DNA of 45,149 bases from Verrucomicrobiia bacterium. GTDB taxonomy: Bacteria; Verrucomicrobiota; Verrucomicrobiia; JAWXBN01. The position numbers and the translations under genes are program-made. The notes under the pieces are model-generated. The model was given only the letters and a program-made list of their open reading frames with translations, ran no database searches and was not told where the DNA came from. The DNA lies in contig JANRIZ010000013.1 in NCBI GenBank assembly GCA_033764445.1, forward strand, positions 1-45,149. Direction: 5' to 3'. Shown here piece after piece: positions 10,263-18,894 of the stretch (position 1 is its first letter; every line of letters starts with the position of its first letter).

Positions 10263-12101
10263 ATGCGCCCCCTCCCCACATTCCTCATCTGTCTCCTGCT
10301 GACCATTCTGGGACTGTCAGCTCAGGAGCCGGGGGTCTCGGCGACTCTCAACCCCCCGGAAATCAATCTGGGCGAGGCGGCCGAACTTCAGGTCTCCACC
10401 ACCAATCTCAGCGACGCGGAGGCCCCGGAAATCCCCAAGGTCGAGGGTCTGCAAATCCGTCTGGCGGGCAACCAATCCTCCCAGCAGGTCAATATTGTCA
10501 ACGGGCGCATGTCCTCGATCACCACGGTCACCTTCGTGTACCATGTCATCCCGATGAAGGCGGGGGATTTCACCATTGCCCCGATTTCCGTGAAGGCCAA
10601 GAACCAAACCTTCAAAAGTGCGGCCCTCTCCCTGAAGGTCTCGGCGGTCACAGCCCCGCCGCCGGTTCCCACCATGCCGGGTCAGCCGACCTCAGGCGCT
10701 CCGGCTCCCTCCGCGGCGGCGACGGAAATCTCGTTCATGAAGCTGTCCCTCCCGGAACGCGGTTTTTATGCAGGGGAACAGATTCCCATGACCCTCAAAT
10801 TCTACCTCCGCGCCGATGTCCAGGGTGATCCCCGCCTTCCGGAAATGTCCAGCCAATCCTTTACCATGGCCCCGCTGGGACAGAACCCGGATCAGGGCAT
10901 CGAAAAAATCAACGGGGTGCCCTACCATGTCCTGACCTGGAACACAACCATCGGCACGGTCAAATCCGGCGACTTCCCGCTCTCGGCAAGCATGAATCTC
11001 ACGGTGGCCCTCCCCTCCCCGCGGACACGTCAGGCAAACAATCCCTTCAACGACCCTTTCTTCGACCAGATTTTCAACTCGGGTCCGCAACTGGAGGCCC
11101 GCCAGATCAGGGTCACGACTCCCCCCCTGAAGGTCACGATCCTGCCGCTGCCGGAAAAGGACAAACCAACCGCGTTTTCCGGCGCCATCGGCAGTTTCCA
11201 GATCGCCTCGTCGGTTTCCACCAATCAACTGACCGTGGGGGACCCGGTCACGGTCAAAACCACCCTCATCGGATCGGGGAATTTCGACCGGATCACCGAT
11301 CTGGCCTATTCCAACCCGCAGGGGTTCAAATCCTATCCCCCCTCGGTCAAATTTGATCCGACGGATAAAACGGGGTTTTCGGGCCGGAAAATCTTTGAAC
11401 AGATCCTCGTCCCCCAGTCCCGGGAGATTCGTGAAATCCCGCCGTTGTCCTTCTCCTATTTTGATCCGGAGGCGGGGCGTTATGTCTCGCTCAAATCCGA
11501 GGCCATCGCGGTCATGGTCCAACCAGGGTCGGCCACGCCCTCCCTGCCGGCCTCCCGCACATCCGTCCCCACGGGCTCCGCCCCGGCCCCGGCGGCGGTC
11601 GATCTTGTCTCCAACAAGCTGGACCTGGGCAATACCCGGGATTCCCTGTCGGCCTTCCCGCAGGCGGTCATGGTCGCGGCTCTCAATGTGGCGGCGGTTT
11701 TGGCGGCTCTGCTGTGCTTTTTCCTGGCCCGTCACCGCGAAAGTTATCTGCGGGACCCGGACCGTCAGCGCTCCCACCAGGCGGGTCAGGCGGTGGCGGC
11801 TTCGCTCTCGGCGATGGACCGGGCGATCAGCCACTCGGATACACAGGGGTTTTTTGCGGCGGCCCGCGCCTCGGTCCAGCACCGGCTCTCGGCCTCCCTG
11901 AAAATCACTCCCTCCTCGATCACGCTCCAGGAAATCGACGCCTCCCCGCGCATCCCCGAAGGGGTCCGTGTCACGATCCGCCAGCTCTTCGAGACGGCGG
12001 ATGCCACCAGTTACTCGGGGGACCGCTACGAAAGTGTCCAGCTTCAGGCCTGGAAAAAACACACGCTCAATATTCTCAAAAATCTGGAGAATCTCAAATG
12101 A
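10263..12101 (+). CDS. batD: BatD-like protein (oxygen-tolerance protein family), secreted/membrane
   Basis: The 612-aa ORF has a signal peptide 'MRPLPTFLICLLLTILGLSA', a long beta-rich ectodomain and a C-terminal TM 'VMVAALNVAAVLAALLCFFL'. Its position after batB/C matches the operon. Confidence 0.75.
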   Translation: MRPLPTFLICLLLTILGLSAQEPGVSATLNPPEINLGEAAELQVSTTNLSDAEAPEIPKVEGLQIRLAGNQSSQQVNIVNGRMSSITTVTFVYHVIPMKAGDFTIAPISVKAKNQTFKSAALSLKVSAVTAPPPVPTMPGQPTSGAPAPSAAATEISFMKLSLPERGFYAGEQIPMTLKFYLRADVQGDPRLPEMSSQSFTMAPLGQNPDQGIEKINGVPYHVLTWNTTIGTVKSGDFPLSASMNLTVALPSPRTRQANNPFNDPFFDQIFNSGPQLEARQIRVTTPPLKVTILPLPEKDKPTAFSGAIGSFQIASSVSTNQLTVGDPVTVKTTLIGSGNFDRITDLAYSNPQGFKSYPPSVKFDPTDKTGFSGRKIFEQILVPQSREIREIPPLSFSYFDPEAGRYVSLKSEAIAVMVQPGSATPSLPASRTSVPTGSAPAPAAVDLVSNKLDLGNTRDSLSAFPQAVMVAALNVAAVLAALLCFFLARHRESYLRDPDRQRSHQAGQAVAASLSAMDRAISHSDTQGFFAAARASVQHRLSASLKITPSSITLQEIDASPRIPEGVRVTIRQLFETADATSYSGDRYESVQLQAWKKHTLNILKNLENLK

Positions 12102-12832
12102 ACCGCCCTGTCTGCCTCCTCCTCATGCTCCTGATGGCGGGTTCCCTTTCTCTCCGGGCCCAGAGCCCGGAACAGCGGTTTGCGGCGGCCAATTCGGATT
12201 TTGCCTACGGTCGCTACCCGGAGGCGATCCGTGGCTACGAGTCCCTGATCGGCTCCAAATCCCTCTCCGCCCCGGTCTTCTTCAATCTGGCCAATGCCTA
12301 CTTCCGCAATGGCCAGATCGGCAAGGCCATCGTCAATTACAAACGCGCCCTGCTTCTGGCCCCCCGCGACCCGGATCTCCGCGCCAACCTGGGGTTCACG
12401 CTCAAAAACAAGGGGCTTTACGACAGTGATGACGGGGTTCTGGACGCCTTCGCCCGGCTGCTGCCCACGCCCTGGTGGTCTCTCCTGGGCACGGCGGCGG
12501 TCATGTCTTCCTGTCTGCTGGCCTGTTTCATCTTCTTCAAATCGGGCGTGGCCCTGCGCCTCCGCTGGTGCCTCCTCCCCCTCCTTCTGCTGGCGGCACT
12601 CGGCTTCGGCACGGCCTGGTACAGCGTGCGCTTCTACAACGAGGTGGTGGTCACCCGTCCGGAAGCCCCGCTTCTGATCTCCCCCTACGAAAAGGCCGCA
12701 GAGGTCACGCGTCTGACCGATGGCAGCATTTTGCGCTCAGCCCGCCGGCACGGCGACTTCTGGCTGGTCTCCACGACCGATGGCCGCCGCGGATGGATCT
12801 CGGCACAGGATGCGGAAAGTGTCGGGTTCTAG
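12098..12832 (+). CDS. batE: BatE-like protein: TPR repeats + TM segments + C-terminal SH3b-like domain
   Basis: Its ATGA start overlaps the batD stop. It has a signal peptide 'MNRPVCLLLMLLMAGSLSLRA', TPRs 'FFNLANAYFRNGQIGKAIVNYKRALLLAP' and a C-terminal 'GDFWLVSTTDGRRGWISAQDAE' SH3b-type motif. The start lies inside track ORF 11714..12832. Confidence 0.75.
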   Translation: MNRPVCLLLMLLMAGSLSLRAQSPEQRFAAANSDFAYGRYPEAIRGYESLIGSKSLSAPVFFNLANAYFRNGQIGKAIVNYKRALLLAPRDPDLRANLGFTLKNKGLYDSDDGVLDAFARLLPTPWWSLLGTAAVMSSCLLACFIFFKSGVALRLRWCLLPLLLLAALGFGTAWYSVRFYNEVVVTRPEAPLLISPYEKAAEVTRLTDGSILRSARRHGDFWLVSTTDGRRGWISAQDAESVGF

Positions 12833-13710
12833 AAAAGTCGCGCCACCCATCCGTGCCACAGAAGCATCGCAGGCTGTTCCAGCCCGTCAAATGTCACCCG
12901 CATGTACCAGTCCCAAACCCGCTCCCCAAACAACATCCAGCAGACGGTGCCGATTGCCAGATAGGGTCCATACGGGATGCGGGCCCCTTTATCAGCCTTT
13001 TTCATCGCGATCAGCGTCATGCCCACGGCAGCCCCCAAAAACGAAGAGAGGATCAGGGCAAAAAAAATGGCTTTGATGCCTAAAAACGCCCCGACCCCGG
13101 CCATCAGCTTCATGTCACCGATGCCCATCGCGTCCTTCTTGAAGGCGAGCCTGCCCAAAACCCCGATCATGAAAAACACCCCGTACCCGATCAGGGCCGC
13201 CAGGGCGGACCATCCAAAGGCGGTCCCGCGGTCCCCGACTCCCTGCAGGGTCGGGCACGCCCAGCTCAGGGCGATGCCCAGCACGATCATGCCGATGCTG
13301 ATCTCGTCGGGAATGATGTAATGATCCAGATCAATGAAGGAGGCGGCTATCAGGGCCGAGGTGATTCCCATGTAGATGAGGGCCACCAGCCAGACATCCC
13401 GGTGCACCGTCCACAGGAGGGCAAACAACAGTCCGGTCAACGCCTCCACCAGGGGGTACCTCCACGAAATGGGCTTCCCATCAAACCGGCTTTTGCCTCC
13501 GAGAATCAGAAACGAAAGGATCGGAATGTTGTCATGCCAGGGAATCATTTTTCCGCTGGTCGTGCAGACGGACCGGGCGGGGTTGTTGAGGGTCATGTCC
13601 TCGCGGGGCAACCGGTAAATGACCACATTCAGGAAAGATCCAATGCAGGTTCCAAACACAAACAGGAAGGCCGTCAGTATCCAGGAGTGCAACAATTCGT
13701 CAGGGGTCAT
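12829..13710 (-). CDS. Type IV prepilin peptidase (A24 family)
   Basis: 293 aa, polytopic, with the conserved peptidase motif 'IIPDEISIGMIVLG' and 'GIGDMKLMAGVGAFLG'. It overlaps the aroE stop by 11 nt on the same strand. Confidence 0.85.
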   Translation of the reverse strand: MTPDELLHSWILTAFLFVFGTCIGSFLNVVIYRLPREDMTLNNPARSVCTTSGKMIPWHDNIPILSFLILGGKSRFDGKPISWRYPLVEALTGLLFALLWTVHRDVWLVALIYMGITSALIAASFIDLDHYIIPDEISIGMIVLGIALSWACPTLQGVGDRGTAFGWSALAALIGYGVFFMIGVLGRLAFKKDAMGIGDMKLMAGVGAFLGIKAIFFALILSSFLGAAVGMTLIAMKKADKGARIPYGPYLAIGTVCWMLFGERVWDWYMRVTFDGLEQPAMLLWHGWVARLF

Positions 13711-14581
13711 AAACGGTTTTTTTCAGGGCGGCTTCCATCACTTCTACGGGCGGCGCCTTTTTTGTCCAGATTTCAAACGCTTTGGCCCCCTGGTGCAGCA
13801 GCATGGAAAGTCCGTTGGCTGTCCGCAGACCCCGCGCGGCGGCCTCCCGCAAAAACGGGGTCTGCGCGGGCTTGTACACCATGTCATACGCACACAGGTC
13901 CCTCCGCCCCGCCGGCAGCGCCACGGGCACACCGTCACCCTCCCGAAGTCCCGCGCTTGTCGCATTGATGACCAGCCCCGTCTCCTCCCACGGGATCTGC
14001 CCGGCATTGACCAGATACGTGTTTTCAAGTCCGAGCCGGGGGATGAGGGCACTGACCTTTCCGGCCGTGCGGTTGTACCAGAAAATCCGCGCCCCGGCCT
14101 TTTCCAGCGCCACGACGGCGCTCTGCCCTGCCCCGCCGGCCCCGAGGACAAGCACGGTCCGGCCCGCGGGCTCAAACCCAAAATCCCCGGCCAGGCCCCG
14201 GAGCAATCCATACCCGTCAGTCGAATACCCGCGCGGTTTCTGGCCTGCCGCAAAATGCAGCGTATTGATGGCCTGGGCCTCGCAGGCACTGGCATCCCGG
14301 TCCGGGATCAGTTCGTAGGCGGAAACCTTGTGCGGAACCGTCAGGTTGATCCCCGCAAAACCCCGCGCCGCAAATTGCGCCAGGGCTTCGGGCAACTCGG
14401 CAGGGGTGATCTCGAATCGGAAATATTCCCACCCGGCCAGGTCCGCAAATTGCGCCAGGGCGGCATTGTGCATCGCGGGGGAGACGGAGTGGCCGATGGG
14501 CGAGCCGATGACGGCCAGGGAGGGGGCGGACCGGTTCCATTCACGAAGATGGGCCAGGGTGTAAACGGAAGGTTCTGTCAT
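13700..14581 (-). CDS. aroE: Shikimate dehydrogenase
   Basis: From the internal Met at 14581: 'LAVIGSPIGHSVSPAMHNAA' (substrate site) and 'VLVLGAGGAGQSAVVAL' (NADP Rossmann motif). The upstream 137 codons of track ORF 13700..14992 are antisense to the FHA gene and were excluded. Confidence 0.85.
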   Translation of the reverse strand: MTEPSVYTLAHLREWNRSAPSLAVIGSPIGHSVSPAMHNAALAQFADLAGWEYFRFEITPAELPEALAQFAARGFAGINLTVPHKVSAYELIPDRDASACEAQAINTLHFAAGQKPRGYSTDGYGLLRGLAGDFGFEPAGRTVLVLGAGGAGQSAVVALEKAGARIFWYNRTAGKVSALIPRLGLENTYLVNAGQIPWEETGLVINATSAGLREGDGVPVALPAGRRDLCAYDMVYKPAQTPFLREAAARGLRTANGLSMLLHQGAKAFEIWTKKAPPVEVMEAALKKTVYDP

Positions 14582-14650
14582 ACCGGTATCCGCAAAACTT
14601 TGGCGAAAATAGGGCTTTTGACAATACCCCAGTTTTGATAGGGTCGGCCC

Positions 14651-14923
14651 GTGGAAAAAAAACTCATCCCGGTCGCCGAACAGGAAATCTCCTTTTCGGA
14701 CAAACCCGTCACCTTTGGCCGCAGTGCGGAGGCCGATGTGCAGATCGACGACGCGAGTGTCTCGAACATCCACTGCGCGGTCAGGCTCTGGGACGATCTC
14801 CTGATCATCAAGGACATGGGGTCGACCAATGGGATCAAGGTCAACGACAAACGCATCGACCGGGTCGCGGTCATCAATCCCGGCGACAAGGTGCAGATCG
14901 GCAACATCATCTTCGAGGTTTGA
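14651..14923 (+). CDS. Stand-alone FHA-domain protein (90 aa), GTG start
   Basis: 'VTFGRSAEADVQIDDASVSNIHCAVRLWDDLLIIKDMGSTNGIKVNDKRI' is a canonical FHA core (GR..., S..H, NGT/NGI). It is divergent from aroE and 49 bp upstream of rlmI. Confidence 0.7.
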   Translation: MEKKLIPVAEQEISFSDKPVTFGRSAEADVQIDDASVSNIHCAVRLWDDLLIIKDMGSTNGIKVNDKRIDRVAVINPGDKVQIGNIIFEV

Positions 14924-14972
14924 CCCGCACCCTGCCTCCCCGGCCCTTCCCCTCATTTGGAATTTTTTCGGA

Positions 14973-16148
14973 ATGAATCTCCCCCACATCATCGCCCAGC
15001 CGGTCCGCGGTTCCCGCTTCTGGAACGGTCATCCCTGGCTCTACCAGGGCGAGATCAAGTGGCGTCCGGAGGACCTGCCCGATGGGGCGGTGGTCATCAT
15101 CAAGGACGTGCGGGCCCGTCCGCTGGGCACGGGCCTCTACAATTCAAAATCCCAGATTGCGGTCCGCCGTTTCACCACCGAAATCCACATGCTGGGCGAA
15201 AAATGGATCACCCAGTCTCTTCACCGCGCCCTGGCGCTCCGCTCCCGGCTCTGGAATCCCCTGCCCGAATGCCACCGCGTGGTCTTCAGCGAAAGCGATG
15301 GGTTGCCGGGGCTGATCATTGACCGCTACGGCCAGGCACTGGTGGTCCAGACGCTCACCCGCGCCATGGATGACCGCAAGGCTCTGATCACGGAAATCCT
15401 GCAAAAAACCCTCTCCCCGGACCTGATCGTGGAGCGCAACGATTCCTCCTCACGGCTGGCCGAGGGTCTTGAAACAAAAACGGGAATTCTGGCGGGAACG
15501 GGTCCGTCCCGCCGTGTCGTCACTCTCAACGGGGTCCGGTTCGAACTCGATTTTCTGGACGCCCAGAAAACGGGGCTCTACCTCGATCAACAGGCGGCCT
15601 ACCGTCAGGCGATGCCTTACTTCAAGGGCCGAGAGGTGCTGGACTGCTTCACTTACCACGGAGCCTTTGCCCTGCACGCGGCCTTGTCGGGTGCCTCCCG
15701 CGTCGAGGGGGTCGATGTCTCGGGTCCGGCGATCCAGCAGGCGGAACAGAATGCAAAACTCAACGGGGCGGCGATCCGGTTTGTCGAGTCCAATGCCTTC
15801 GACTTCCTGCGCGAGGCTTCCGACCGCGGACGCCAATTTGATGCCATCATTCTCGACCCGCCCTCCTTCACCAAAAACAAGTTCAAGGTCAGCGAAGCCT
15901 CCAAAGGCTACAAGGAAATCCATCTCCGCGCCCTCAAAATGCTCCGTCCGGGGGGCATTCTCATGACCTTCACCTGCTCGCACCACGTCAATTTCGAGAT
16001 GCTCCGCGACATTGTCGTCGAGGCGGCCTCGGATACGCGCCGTCCGCTCCGCCTGCGCGAATACTGTTTCCAGAGTCCCGACCATCCGATCCTCCCCGAG
16101 GTCCCCGAATCCGAATACCTCCGCGGCTTCATCTTCGAGGTCCGCTGA
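14973..16148 (+). CDS. rlmI: 23S rRNA (cytosine-C5) methyltransferase RlmI-like, SAM-dependent (PUA + methyltransferase)
   Basis: 'ESDGLPGLIIDRYG', 'KTGLYLDQQ', 'DPPSF', 'GYKEI' and a C-terminal 'YLRGFIFEV' match E. coli RlmI blocks. The start lies inside track ORF 14829..16148. Confidence 0.85.
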   Translation: MNLPHIIAQPVRGSRFWNGHPWLYQGEIKWRPEDLPDGAVVIIKDVRARPLGTGLYNSKSQIAVRRFTTEIHMLGEKWITQSLHRALALRSRLWNPLPECHRVVFSESDGLPGLIIDRYGQALVVQTLTRAMDDRKALITEILQKTLSPDLIVERNDSSSRLAEGLETKTGILAGTGPSRRVVTLNGVRFELDFLDAQKTGLYLDQQAAYRQAMPYFKGREVLDCFTYHGAFALHAALSGASRVEGVDVSGPAIQQAEQNAKLNGAAIRFVESNAFDFLREASDRGRQFDAIILDPPSFTKNKFKVSEASKGYKEIHLRALKMLRPGGILMTFTCSHHVNFEMLRDIVVEAASDTRRPLRLREYCFQSPDHPILPEVPESEYLRGFIFEVR

Positions 16149-16299
16149 AAACGGGGAGTGTGTCCGCAGATTGACGCAGATTTCCTTTTTGGTTTTGACG
16201 TCCGTCAAAGATCATGGTCGAAAAAAACTTTTCACGGACAGCCACCACACTGACGAAGCAGAACAAAAAACCTGTGTCAATCTGCGGATAAGCTCTGGA

Positions 16300-17358
16300 T
16301 CAGGCCTGCGGAATGAGCATCACGTTGCCGGGGGAGGCGTGCAGGGTCAGCGTCCCGCCGGGTTGCAGCGCGGAGGGGAGGGATTTGAGACGGATTTTCC
16401 ACGCGGCCCCACCGGCGATTTCCAGCAGCAGGGTGTCGTGGCTGCCGGTAAAGGTCACATCGCGAATCGTGCCGGGCACTGCATTGGCCCCGCTCTCGAG
16501 GGTGAAGGATTCTGGACGCAGCCCCACCAAAACACGGGTGGCCCCCTTCAGCGAATCCTCCCAGTCGCCCTCGACGCTCCATGGGCCTAACGGGGTCTGC
16601 ACAGAATAGCCTCCAGATGTGCGGGCTGTGATCTCCCCCTCGAGAAAATTGACCTCCCCCAGGAACTCCGCCACAAACCGCGTGCGCGGACGGGTGTACA
16701 CCTCCCGGGGTGTGCCCAGTTGCTCGATGAGTCCCTCGCGCATCACCCCCATCCGGTCGGCCATCGTCAAGGCCTCCTCCTGATCATGGGTCACGTACAG
16801 GGCCGTGATCCCGGTCTCCCGCAAAATGCGGCGGATTTCGGTGCGCAGATCCAAACGGAGCCGGGCATCAAGATTGGAGAGGGGCTCATCCAGCAGCAGA
16901 ATGCGGGGACGGATGACCACGGCACGGGCCAGGGCCACCCGCTGCTGCTGCCCGCCCGAAAGCTGGTTGGGTTTGCGGTCCCCGTAGCCGGCCATGTGGA
17001 CGACATCCAGGGCCTCCCGGACCCGGCGCTCGAGGTCCGCGCCACCCACCTGCCGCAGGCGCAGGCCGTACGCGACGTTTTCATACACGGTCATGTGGGG
17101 GAAAAGCGCATAACTCTGAAAGACCATGCCGGTATTGCGCTTTTCGGCGGGGACAAGATTGACGGATTCCGTGTCAAACCGGACATGCCCCTCATCGGGC
17201 ACGGAAAACCCGGCCACCATCCGCAGCAGGGTTGTTTTTCCGCAGCCGCTCGGGCCCAGCAGGAAAAAAAGCTCGCCGTCACGGATTTCCAGATTCACGC
17301 CCCGGACCACCTTGGTGGCCGCAAAGGACTTGTGGATGTTCTCAAAGGTCAGTTTCAT
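16300..17358 (-). CDS. ABC transporter ATP-binding protein with C-terminal TOBE domain (PotA/FbpC type)
   Basis: Walker A 'GPSGCGKTT', signature 'LSGGQQQRVALARA', Walker B 'LLLDEP'. A regulatory C-terminal domain of about 110 aa follows. Confidence 0.9.
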   Translation of the reverse strand: MKLTFENIHKSFAATKVVRGVNLEIRDGELFFLLGPSGCGKTTLLRMVAGFSVPDEGHVRFDTESVNLVPAEKRNTGMVFQSYALFPHMTVYENVAYGLRLRQVGGADLERRVREALDVVHMAGYGDRKPNQLSGGQQQRVALARAVVIRPRILLLDEPLSNLDARLRLDLRTEIRRILRETGITALYVTHDQEEALTMADRMGVMREGLIEQLGTPREVYTRPRTRFVAEFLGEVNFLEGEITARTSGGYSVQTPLGPWSVEGDWEDSLKGATRVLVGLRPESFTLESGANAVPGTIRDVTFTGSHDTLLLEIAGGAAWKIRLKSLPSALQPGGTLTLHASPGNVMLIPQA

Positions 17359-17363
17359 GGGGG

Positions 17364-18710
17364 TTAAAACTTCCTGTACTTCTCAACGGCCTGCACCTGC
17401 CAGTCGAGCAAAATCCGGTTCCGTTTTTTGGGATCCTTCCAATCCCCCTCCGCCAGGGCGACGGCCTGGTCGGCGGTGAGCAGGGGCCGCGAAAATTCCC
17501 CGATCAGCCGCTCCCGTTCCTCGGGGGAGCGTCCGGGTCTGTTGATGGATTTCCAGGCGCGGACCACCTCGGCGTGCAGATCAATGACGGTGGTGCCCAC
17601 CAGGTTCTGCACAACCACACGTCGGGATTTGGCGAGGCCTGTGTCATAGCGGAAGGCCACCTTCACCTCGAAGGGATTGATGAACTTGGTATCGGCGGGG
17701 TACTCGGGATACAACTCCGGAAGTATGGTCATGCGCGGAATGTCAAAACGGACCGGTCCGCCGGGCTGACCGCGGGACTTGACCCACAGGCGCTGGCCGT
17801 CGGGCGAGAGCATGAAGTCCATAAACCGTCCGGCAATGGTGGCATTGGGAGCCCCCTTGAGAATCGCAAGGCTGTCGGGGTTGATGATGGTTGCCCCCTT
17901 TGGATACACGTAGCCCATGTTTTCGGGCCCGCCCACACTGACCTGCATGAGGCCCTGCACATCGACAGAAAGGGCGTAGGCGGTCTCGCCCACGGTCACA
18001 TCCTTGTTGGCCATGCTCGAGTTTTTGTTGAAACTGCGGATATTCCCGGCCATCTCCGTGATGATTTTCCAGCCTTTTTCCCAACCGTATGCCTGAAGAA
18101 TGATTTCATACATGGCCTGGGAACTGCCGCTGGCTCGCGGGTCGCCGGATCCAACCCAACTGAGCAGCGCGGGATCACACAGGTCCTCCCAACTGGACAC
18201 GGCCTGCAAATGGCGGATGGCGATCACCCGCTTGTTGTAGAGGATGCCGAATCCGGAAAGTGCGGTGCCGAACCACTGGTGGTCGGGATCGTAGAGGGGC
18301 AGGCCGTTGATATCCGCCGGAATCCGGGCCAGGATTTCCTCCGAAGGGTGGTGCGTGGCCAGCAGGCCCTTTTCCTTCAACCGTATGTAGGGATCGTAGC
18401 CGCCGCCAAAAAACAGGTCGATGCCGATGCCTCCGGGGGTCTGTTTGAATTCGGACTCGATGAACTTGAGCGAATCACTCCCGCCCCCGACATCGCGCCA
18501 CTGGAACTCCACGTCCTGACCGAATTTTTTCCGGTGCCACTCCCGGAACCCATGCTCCGTCTCGTACTGGATCCCCTCCCAATGGGCCGAAATGAGCACC
18601 AGCCGCGCCGGGGCCGTTTCCGCCCGGAGACCGGCCAGAAAAAACGCCAGCACGAGCACAAGCCACACCACCGGGTGCCTTCGATATGACTGTCGGGCCG
18701 GTACATTCAT
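17364..18710 (-). CDS. ABC transporter periplasmic substrate-binding protein (iron(III)/polyamine-type solute-binding protein (SBP) family)
   Basis: 448 aa with a signal peptide 'VVWLVLVLAFFLAGLRA'. It lies 5 bp upstream of the ATPase on the same strand. No permease gene lies between or beside them. Confidence 0.75.
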   Translation of the reverse strand: MNVPARQSYRRHPVVWLVLVLAFFLAGLRAETAPARLVLISAHWEGIQYETEHGFREWHRKKFGQDVEFQWRDVGGGSDSLKFIESEFKQTPGGIGIDLFFGGGYDPYIRLKEKGLLATHHPSEEILARIPADINGLPLYDPDHQWFGTALSGFGILYNKRVIAIRHLQAVSSWEDLCDPALLSWVGSGDPRASGSSQAMYEIILQAYGWEKGWKIITEMAGNIRSFNKNSSMANKDVTVGETAYALSVDVQGLMQVSVGGPENMGYVYPKGATIINPDSLAILKGAPNATIAGRFMDFMLSPDGQRLWVKSRGQPGGPVRFDIPRMTILPELYPEYPADTKFINPFEVKVAFRYDTGLAKSRRVVVQNLVGTTVIDLHAEVVRAWKSINRPGRSPEERERLIGEFSRPLLTADQAVALAEGDWKDPKKRNRILLDWQVQAVEKYRKF

Positions 18711-18894
18711 CGCCGGGCATTCAAACCCACACCACCCCCTGGCTCAAGCCCTTAAATGTGACGGATTGAATTCCGCCGCCTGGCGCTGATCCCACGGCGG
18801 CGTATCACACCTTTTTCCGGGTCCCCAGTCGCGTCATCACACACATTAAACCTTGTTTCCGGGCCGTCCTTTCCCTATTTTGACCGGCTTGCCT

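Noticed and set aside
8309-12062. Long minus-strand ORFs 8309..10147 (612 aa) and 10692..12062 (456 aa)
   Set aside because: They are antisense shadows of batB/C and batD. Their products are Arg/Gly/Leu-rich low-complexity. The Bat genes on the plus strand have clear domain signatures and operon-style overlaps.
13321-14638. Plus-strand ORFs 13321..13968 and 13619..14638
   Set aside because: They are antisense to the prepilin peptidase and aroE genes, which have strong conserved motifs. Their products are Pro/Arg/Gly-rich.
17232-18689. Plus-strand ORF 17232..18689 (485 aa)
   Set aside because: It is antisense to the ABC substrate-binding protein gene and has no recognisable domains.
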